From assembly GCA_009103225.1 (NCBI GenBank), contig RHPI01002904.1, forward strand, positions 1 through 7,975: a stretch of 7,975 nt of DNA. The letters run 5' to 3'. The position numbers were made by a program, and so were the translations under genes. Within the stretch, counting starts at the first letter, position 1, and each line of letters starts with the position of its first letter. A model generated the notes under the pieces. That model was not told the DNA's origin. It did not search any database and worked only from the letters and a program-made list of their open reading frames with translations. This DNA is from Chlorokybus atmophyticus (lineage: Eukaryota; Plantae; Mesostigma and Chlorokybus algae). Positions 1 through 6,643 of the stretch are shown here, one piece after another.

Positions 1-2
1 AC

Positions 3-623
3 CGCGATGTATGCACCCTGAGTGCAGGAGAGCTGAGCGAGTACGAGCTCATCTGGGCCAGTCCACCATGCCAGGCCTATTCAGGCAATGCTATCCCGGC
101 ACCTCAATGGGCGGCACATGGCACATCCTGGAGACACCAGGATATGATACCGCTCGTCCGACGTCTGCTGCTTGCAAGCCAGGTCAAGTTTGTGATTGAG
201 AATGTACCAGGAGCAGCTTCCTCATTCAGACCCAATCTGTCCCTTTGTGGCACGATGTTTGGCATATCAACTTTCCGACACCGTCTGTTTGAGACACAGC
301 CAGTGGTAGCTACCCCACCAGCAGGCTGCTCGCACGCGGGCAAGGCAGTTGGACTGCTATCGCCGCACCTGTCCGCTAGCGTGAAAAAGACAATCGTGAC
401 ATCAAATGCGCCACAGCAGATGTACCCGGTCTATGGCCTTTCAAGCACCAGGGGCGGCATTGTTGCGTGGCAAACAGCGCTGGGAGTGCCATGGATGACC
501 TCGGCCGTTTCCATAGCGAATGCAGTTCCTCCCGCAATGGCGGAGTGCATAGGGCGTCTCATGCTTGAAACAATGGATATGCGCTGTGACTACCCTCCTG
601 TGTCATGGAACTATGAGGCTTGA
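3..623 (+). CDS. C5 DNA cytosine methyltransferase, compact prokaryote/phage-like type, 5'-partial (206 aa visible)
   Basis: The frame of the 144..623 ORF is open back to base 3: RDVCTLSAGELSEYELIWASPPCQAYS... Motif IV is IWASPPCQ (catalytic Cys codon 69-71). Motif VI is FVIENVPGA (ENV 198-206), followed by LCGTMFG and motif VIII FRHRLFET (273-293). The C-terminus is ALGVPWMT...IANAVPPAMAECIG (motif X-like), with TGA at 621-623. There is no stop, frameshift or needed intron in the visible part. SAM-binding motif I would lie upstream of the window. Confidence 0.92.
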   Translation, partial: RDVCTLSAGELSEYELIWASPPCQAYSGNAIPAPQWAAHGTSWRHQDMIPLVRRLLLASQVKFVIENVPGAASSFRPNLSLCGTMFGISTFRHRLFETQPVVATPPAGCSHAGKAVGLLSPHLSASVKKTIVTSNAPQQMYPVYGLSSTRGGIVAWQTALGVPWMTSAVSIANAVPPAMAECIGRLMLETMDMRCDYPPVSWNYEA

Positions 624-3197
624 GTGTGGTGCACTGTATTGATGCTTAATGCCACACGGCGGACTGATTGTTGAATGTTGCATGGATCATTCGATTGTGG
701 TGACAGTTGTGCAGTGACAGCTGCCCGGTATTGTACACGTCCACATGCAAAAGTCTTAGCGTACGATTAGCAATGCCTAACTGACTGATATGCTCCAAAC
801 TCAGAGTAGTGAGACAAGTACATGTGTCACGTGGAAGTGCAGTGAACGTTCACCCAATACTTGCCCTCTTGTACACGGGCGCTGTCCTTGTCAAACATGG
901 GGAGCAGCTGGACAATGCCTTTTACTTGCTCCAGAGTCACGACATCGAGATGTGGACCGCCTCGACGCTTTTCCCATTCCAGAGCGATGCACTTTGTGTC
1001 GCTCGTCACATCCAGCTTCGTGTACCAGCGGACAAACACGACCTCCTTCCACACGCGCTCGCCGCTACCACCCCACACCACCACGCGCAGAAAAAGGAGT
1101 GCCTGAGCCCACCACGTCACGTTCACACCGTCCTCATCACCTTCCAACTCAAGTGTAGAGAACCAAGGCCGCCCATGGAACATCCCAGTTGCGCGCGCCA
1201 TGCTGACTCCTGATGTCATGTACACCGCTGCGCCTCCGTTCACCACGCGAACAGCACGCCACCCGTCGGCCAACTCCAGTTGTTCCCTCCTCAACCAGCT
1301 GTCCAGGGTGGCAGGCAGCTTGTCGGCGAATGGAGTCTTCAAGGCGACTTGGCGGCTACGCGCAGATCCGCTCCAGTACGGGCTGGACTCCCTCCTTGTC
1401 AGCACATCCATCCGTAGCAACTTGTCCGTCTTCTCCATGACATTACAGCACTGCTGCCGCGCCTGCGCCATGACCGAGCGCATCTCGGGATCCACGACCA
1501 TGCCATCCTCTCTCACATATTCCGCACAGCTCCATGCCTTCAGGATACGTGCCTGGTAGTCCCGGTTGTTGCCACCACGCGCCCACCGTTTGATATTTTG
1601 GGCGTGCGTCTGCTCCATGCGGTTGGCGCTGAACCAATCTGGGTGTCCACTGCTGACAATTGCCGGCCCAAAATGAGTGAGCTGATGCATCTTCTCGATC
1701 TTCCAACCTGACTTCTGTGCAGAATATGACGACAGTAGCGGATGCAACACTGCAGCTTTGAAGGCAGCCAGCTCGTTGTCGGCTGTGGTCAGGGTCTCTC
1801 TTGTGTGTTCATGCGCCTTCAGCAACTTCTTGTTCCACTGGGCAAGCGATGCGGCAGCAATGGTGAAGAAATCGTTGCCCTCACTGTCGAGCAGCAAACC
1901 GTCTGCGAGGACCGGCAGCAGCTGCAGCACCGCCACTTTCTCCACCACCTGAAAGGAGTGGTCGGACAGGAAGAAATCTACTGTGCTTGTGGGTGCCTTG
2001 AAGTGCGAAACCCGCAGAGTCGCCTTGCATGCATTCAGCCTGTGCACATCTGCTCGTGAGCACGTGTTGTTGGCTTTTGTGTTCAACACAAAAGCAACAC
2101 CAAAGACGTGCCTGGCCTGCAGAATCTGTCTCGTGGATGGACGCATTCGTTCCTTCGCGGCGTCGTACACAGCAGCAAGCAGGTGGTCAATGATGCCTCC
2201 CAGCACATGCATTGCGTCAGGGGCAAGACGAGAGTAGCAGTCAGCTCCCGGCACCCGCGACGGTCGCCAACCCCACAGTGCATTCTGTTGCCAAACCACA
2301 TTGCCTGGTTTCACGGAAAGCCATTCATCCTCACGAATGCCGATAATTTGACCATTACCTCCTCGACCTGCATGAAGTGCTGCTCTTTGAAAGCCTTGGC
2401 TGTCTGGCTGTCCTAACACCGCTATGCAGATCCGCCCGCAGCTGACGTATTGCTGGTGTGTAGAAGGCCTCGGTTCTCAATTCCCGGTCCTCATCCATCT
2501 CCAACAGATCTGATTTGGTGACGTGACAAACATCGCAAGGATGTCGTGTTTGGTTGCCCGACACAGTGCGTGCGAGTGTGGCAGTCTCCTACAACACGAC
2601 AAACTCAGATGTTCTATTGACAGCATCCTCCATGCACTGTTTGCTGGCAGGCTGCATCCGGTTACAATCATTCATGCCCACTACCTACGCAAATCGCTGA
2701 TGTAGTTGGCAAGCGTGGGAAACACACGACGCTCGATGCCATTCGGGTCGATGAGCTGCAGACCTTCCCAACTCGCCCGCTTCACATCCCCTAACACTAC
2801 ATTCAAAGCGTCATGAAAAATCTCACGTTTTCGAATGGAGAACGATTCCTTGCCCTGCGCCCAGGTGGGATGCCCGGCCACTGCATGAACCACCGGCAGA
2901 AGCGCTATCATAACAACCCCCATGTTGCTAGCATACATGTCCCAACTGTAGTTGGCAAGCGATGCCATCAGAGGGTAGCCAGAGCGCTTGCCCGCGCTGT
3001 CCAGCGTGGTCTTGTCACTGTACAGAATGGCAGGCGCCAAGTAGGACGCTTCCCCCACCTCTCTCCTCAAATCCACCTCCACATCCTTCCACCAATCGCC
3101 CGTGGAAGGATGGCCAAAGCTGTGCTCGTCACCAGTGTACTGGAGATTGAAGCCATTGGCGGCATGTGGATTGCCATACAACCGCGCGAGCCATACC

Positions 3198-3273
3198 TGC
3201 TCCGACCAAGAGCATTACTTACTATGCTGGCCTCNATGCTCCAACCAAGAGCATTACTTACTATGCTGGCCTC
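3198..3273. repeat. 37-bp direct duplication flanking a single N (probable scaffold-join artefact)
   Basis: 3198-3234 and 3237-3273 are identical except G3204/A3243, with N at 3235. The pair lies inside predicted transposase intron 2. An 11-bp tandem (GATACTGCATT x2, 3280-3301) is adjacent. Confidence 0.85.
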
Positions 3274-3921
3274 AGAATAGATACTGCATTGATACTGCAT
3301 TAGGTATTGCATTTCACAGACCTTGGCCGGCATATATGTGACGCAGATGTCCTGATCCTCAGGGTCTCCAGGCTTGCGCAGGTCAGCCGTCACGTAGTTC
3401 TGATACGGCAGCACACTCGCATGTGCATATGTGACATGGCTCTGATGGTTGAAGCACATGCACCGCACACCGTGAACACACCTCAGACTGAGAGAAAGCA
3501 ATCGTGGTCCGGAGGTAGTTGGCCACATGCACACCGGTCTCCCACTGGAGTCTTCCGTCAGGAAGTGTGCATTTCGGATGCACTTGATGATCCGCCCCAT
3601 GTCGGAGGCCGACAGGCCTTGGCCGTTGTTGCACTGCACGAATGCCACTGCAAGAGCATGCTCCGAGCCATACCACCTGGATTCCGACGCGTGCGAAGGG
3701 ACGCCTCCACTTCCATGTTGGCGTGCCACAGGTTTCTCAGGCACACGCACACATCGAAAGCCCTCATTCACTTCCTCCTCCTCCTGTTGCTGCTGTGCGT
3801 GTGTCTCCTGGAGGAATCCTTCAGCATCAAGCATGTGAGCATCCTGGATCGAACTCCCCGGTTCAACATGACCCGCATCGTACTGTAATGGACGCTGGCC
3901 GACATACAGCTTGATCTGCTT

Positions 3922-3993
3922 GCACACCCTGCTGCTAATAATGTGCATGTAGACCGAGCTGCGTGTGGCGAAGCGCATGTGGCAATACGGACA
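3922..3993 (-). other. N-terminal zinc-finger-like motif of the transposase (C-x2-C-x12-H-x6-C)
   Basis: CPYCHMRFATRSSVYMHIISSRVC starts at residue 5 after the ATG at 4005. In-frame stops (TAG TAG TGA) lie just upstream, which supports this ATG as the start. Confidence 0.7.
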
Positions 3994-4072
3994 AAGGACT
4001 CCCATATCTCACTACTAACGTCGACACAGGTGTCGCCAATGTAACCTGCATCATATCCAGCAACACGCACAC

Positions 4073-4122
4073 CCGCCGCCGCCGCCGCCACCGCCACCGC
4101 CACCGCCACCGCTACCGCTACC
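4073..4122. repeat. Compound microsatellite (CCG)4 (CCGCCA)4 (CCGCTA)2
   Basis: Read directly from the sequence. It lies about 70-115 nt upstream of the transposase ATG. Confidence 0.95.
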
Positions 4123-4160
4123 CTTGCATGCCCGAGGCGGGGAACTTGGCCGCCATTCAC

Positions 4161-4366
4161 TGGCTCCGTCGTACCATTATAATGGTACGATCGAGCCATT
4201 GCACATCCAGGGTGAGTCTCTGGATATATATATACACATATATATTCTAATTGAACCGTTTCAATGGTACGAAGATGCCTTTGCCAAAAGGTATAGCATG
4301 GCATTGTACAAAGGTACCATTGAAATGGTACCTTTGTACAATGGGAATGGCAGTTCGTACCATTGA
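4161..4366. repeat. Cluster of inverted repeats built from the GTACCATT/AATGGTAC motif
   Basis: Perfect 22-bp palindrome at 4169-4190, extended by TGGCTC/GAGCCA arms to 4161-4198. Perfect 20-bp arms at 4302-4321 and 4324-4343 with a 2-nt spacer. These are enclosed by 13-bp arms at 4261-4273 and 4354-4366. Motif copies start at 4171, 4181, 4263, 4314, 4324 and 4357. Confidence 0.95.
4224..4245. promoter_or_regulatory. TA-rich tract, possible bidirectional TATA-like core between divergent genes
   Basis: The sequence is ATATATATATACACATATATAT. It sits almost at the midpoint (~4225) between the transposase ATG (4005, -) and the candidate gene ATG (4446, +). Function is inferred from position only. 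Confidence 0.35.
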
Positions 4367-4445
4367 CAACTCTGGCAATGTCAGTCCCCCTGCGCATGAA
4401 AACACCATTGATAGCTCCGCCAAGCTATGCCCTTACAGGGGCGTG

Positions 4446-5314
4446 ATGCCGAGGGTATGTGGCATTTGGTGGATCGTTGGCGGCGCTGCCAGGGGCGTAG
4501 TGGGCATTGTGGTCGAGGTTCGGGATGAATTCCATGTTTGCACAGGGCGGGCAGGGTGCCGGAGGGGTGTCCTCGGTGTCAAACCCCACCAAGACTACCA
4601 AGGGCACATCCAATGACAACAGTGACTCGGGCGATATCTTACAGGGCTCCCCCTCCGAGTGGGCAAAGGCACACCACAATACTGCCTCTAAGAAAATCCG
4701 ACCCACCAGCAGCTGCGACCACGGCGACATGATCGAAGGGACCAAACAAGACTGGCATAACCAAGGTGGGTTTTGATGCACTGTCAATGCCACATGCTAG
4801 GGTTCTTTTATCTTGCACATGCACAGCCTCAAGTATCTTGCACTAGACATACATTGTCAATACGACATGCACACCCTCATGCACAAGCTCCAGTGTCATG
4901 CACATGAACAGCATGACCAATCTCGCAAATGCACAGCCTATTTCTACTTGCGGGGGCTCACAAGTCGCAAAAGAGAAGCTGTGGAGTACCACGAACGGGT
5001 AATCCATGACCTCGTTTAATGTTTCCAGCGGTAATTAAGCAGTATGCTTGCAGATTGCCATGTTGGTCAGAGTGAACCAAGAGCAGCGCGGCAGGCTGAC
5101 TGTCTGCCTGGCTGAGTGCAACAAAGCGGAAGACGAGGTAAGCGTGTGTAGGTAGGTATTCAAACGAACCCTGCCTGTGAATGTTCAACGCTTTTACAAG
5201 AGTCTATCTTGCCTACAAGTATTCAAACGATTCCTGCTTGAAAATTTAGTGGTGTAATACATGTGATGGTCACAGCACTACACCATACAGGTTGAATGTA
5301 CAGCTCCACTGCAA
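4446..5314 (+). CDS. Candidate spliced gene of unknown function (133 aa over 5 exons, 3' end unresolved)
   Basis: Exons 4446-4454, 4546-4765, 4937-4998, 5054-5137 and 5291-5314 join in frame with no stop. Donors are GTATGT, GTGGGT, GTAATC, GTAAGC and GTGAGT, and all four acceptors end in CAG. Product: MPRGGQGAGGVSSVSNPTKTTKGTSNDNSDSGDILQGSPSEWAKAHHNTASKKIRPTSSCDHGDMIEGTKQDWHNQAYFYLRGLTSRKREAVEYHERIAMLVRVNQEQRGRLTVCLAECNKAEDEVECTAPLQ. I recognise no domain. Confidence 0.55.
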
Positions 5315-5514
5315 GTGAGTAAATGCCCCACATATAGGACTAGTGTGCAAACTAATTGCCACAGGGATATTCACCGACAATTACATTGAACAGGCTTTAA
5401 CACCTTTCAGACCAAACGGTTTGAATATTCATCTCGACATGCAGGAGCCAGGGACGCCGTATTCTAGGCTATTCACCCCTGTTTTTGTTGACTATTCAGA
5501 CCAAACAGTCTGAA
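5156..5514. repeat. Dispersed short repeats with TTCA/TGAA core
   Basis: The 22-nt repeat GTATTCAAACGA(AC/TT)CCTGC(C/T)TG occurs at 5156-5177 and 5219-5240. TTCAGACCAAAC(G/A)GT(T/C)TGAA occurs at 5406-5425 and 5495-5514; the second copy is a perfect 7-bp-arm hairpin. TATTCAAAC is the reverse complement of GTTTGAATA at 5419-5427. Confidence 0.75.
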
Positions 5515-5549
5515 AGTTCAGGAATCGGGGGGGCTCAGAATTACCGGTG

Positions 5550-6432
5550 TTTGGCTACAACAACCTCACACGCCTGGTAGCTGAAGACATGGTCAACGGC
5601 ATCCACGTCAGCAAGGAAGACTTTCAGGCTTCTTTAGGCGTGCTGCGTGAACCGTGTATCATGGCCAAGCAGCATAGGATGCCGTCCCGGCATCTTCTTC
5701 TAGCAGTCAACATCTAAGCGAGCTGGTACACATGGATGTTTGCGGGCCCGTGCGCTTTGTGGCGAAGCGAGGGGTAAGGTACTTTGCAAGTTTCCTCGAC
5801 GACTACGGTAAGCTGTCCATCATCTACCCTCTATCCCTGAAATTGGAAGTTGAAGGAGCTGTGCGCAACGTCGTGACATTGCTGGAGACACAATGAAGCA
5901 AGAAAATGAAGACAATGCGCAGTTATCGAGAAGGGGAGTACATCAACGCCCAGCTTTGGGACTTCTTCGCCAGCAAAGGCATAAGGCATGAGACAACATC
6001 GCCCTACACTCCACAGCAAAACGGAGCGGCTGAACGCCTGAACCGGACCCTGTTGGAGCATGATGTGCGGGCTATGCTCGACGATTGCAAGTTGGAGGAC
6101 TCAATGTGGAAGGAGGCTCCTCACAGCCTATCACATCCGCAATCGGTCACCTATGAGCTCTGATAAAAAGACACGGTGGGAGTTCTTCTATGAAGCTGCA
6201 CCAGATGTAAATGGTATGCTTTTGTTTGGTTGCACAGCATAAGCACTAGTACCAAAGCAGCTACGGCACAAGTTTGGAGCCAGTTAGCAAGAAGGGAGTC
6301 TTCGTTGGCTACGAACCAGGCTCAAATGCGTACATGACTTTGCTTGAAGAGAGCTACAAGATCATTATCAGCAGAGAGGTGGTGTTCCACGAGGGTTTAC
6401 TAACAGAAGCGGGCTTCTTTTCCAATGGATAA
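5550..6432 (+). pseudogene. pol: Copia GAG-pre-integrase, integrase core and SH3-like region, inactivated
   Basis: Motifs: FGYNNLTRLV...EPCIMAKQHR; LVHMDVCGP (Asp 5735-5737); YFASFLDDY; RSYREGEY (the expected second Asp reads Tyr at 5924-5926); PYTPQQNGAAERLNRTL (Glu 6032-6034); IRNRSP; FGCTA; KGVFVGYEP; IISREVVF. Stops at 5894-5896 and 6240-6242, plus at least three frameshifts. Confidence 0.93.
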
Positions 6433-6643
6433 AGATGAGGCACAACCACAAGCCGTTCCTGAGAGAGTGGAGGCTTCAGGCAAGGCAGACATCATTACAG
6501 AGGACTTTCAAATGCCGCCTGAAAGGTGTTCAGGCGAGCAGCAGCAGGCGTCTGTTCGTCGCTATCTTGAGAGGGAGAGATAAGGTCCTGACTTCTACCA
6601 TAAGGCACTTTTAGGCGTGTGTTAAAAGGGAGACAGCACAAAG

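Larger units (their letters stand above)
827..4005 (-). pseudogene. Plavaka-type (CMC/EnSpm-related) DDE transposase gene, spliced, ~910 aa, with three apparent 1-nt deletions
   Basis: Hand-built model, minus-strand exons: 4005-3482, 3399-3322, 3196-2685, 2588-2359, 2284-2112, 2039-827. Introns: 3481-3400 (GT-AG, 82 nt), 3321-3197 (GT-AG, 125 nt including the N duplication), 2684-2589 (GT-AG, 96 nt), 2358-2285 (GT-AG, 74 nt), 2111-2040 (GC-AG, 72 nt). Motifs recognised from Plavaka-family proteins: HPSTGDWW; ILYSDKT...GYPLMASLAN (Asp 3016-3014); LANYISD (Asp 2695-2693); HPCDVC; NALW; APDAMH (DxxH, 2218-2207); KMHQLTHF; RMEQTH (Glu 1615-1613); C-terminal FHGRPWF, FVRWY and VQLLPMF. The family call is from motif memory, not from an HMM search. 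Confidence 0.85.
1..5514. mobile_element. Putative composite Plavaka-type DNA transposon (methyltransferase + transposase + unknown gene); boundaries not determined
   Basis: Supported only by tight gene packing (203-bp and 440-bp intergenic gaps) and the absence of any recognisable element end between the genes. No TIR pair or TSD was found in the window. Confidence 0.4.

Noticed and set aside
630-656. TGCACTGT...AATGCCACA shared with 4777-4794
   Set aside because: Two short blocks (8 and 9 bp) with different spacing in TGCA-rich DNA are compatible with chance.
624-826. Search for a CACTA/CACTG terminal inverted repeat between the methyltransferase and the transposase (CACTG at 632)
   Set aside because: The best partner (CAGTG ending at 4624) matches only 6 bp and has no matching TSD.
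3-826. Bacterial restriction-modification system or prokaryotic contig
   Set aside because: No nuclease partner is visible. The neighbours are an intron-containing transposase and a Copia element. A chimeric assembly should still be excluded with long reads.
3400-3534. Alternative 135-nt intron from a GTGTGC donor at 3534 that would avoid the first frameshift
   Set aside because: It would delete LQWETGVHVANYLRTTIAFSQSE, which reads as real coding sequence and ends in a phase-correct donor at 3481. It is kept as a testable alternative.
3067-3549. C-terminal half of the 312-aa ORF read as continuous protein
   Set aside because: It runs through two predicted introns and the N-flanking duplication. 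The transposase-like text lies in other frames or exons, apart from the 26-codon exon 2 at 3399-3322.
790-3914. Many plus-strand ORFs (809..1213, 1200..1559, 2813..3280, 3307..3888 and others)
   Set aside because: They are antisense shadows of the GC-rich transposase exons and contain no recognisable motifs.
4425-4793. Minus-strand 122-aa ORF containing LVGFDTE, resembling the ExoI motif of DnaQ/WRN-type exonucleases, with a possible GTAAGG donor at 4436
   Set aside because: No ExoII or ExoIII motifs follow. It is antisense to the better-supported plus-strand spliced model, so it is treated as a shadow ORF. It is not fully excluded.
5156-5240. CRISPR-like repeat-spacer pattern
   Set aside because: There are only two imperfect copies, the context is eukaryotic, and no cas genes are present.
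5276-5345. CACTAC at 5276 and TAGTG at 5341-5345 as a mini CACTA element
   Set aside because: Only 5 bp of terminal identity and non-matching 3-bp flanks (CAG versus TGC). It also overlaps a predicted exon.
4006-5540. TET/JBP dioxygenase, the cargo known from fungal Plavaka/KDZ elements
   Set aside because: I could not recognise a TET/JBP-like HxD...H...R 2OG-Fe(II) fold signature in the translations I examined.
5315-5545. Copia 5' LTR and primer-binding site
   Set aside because: No TG...CA-bounded LTR followed by a tRNA-complementary PBS is recognisable, and gag and protease are missing.
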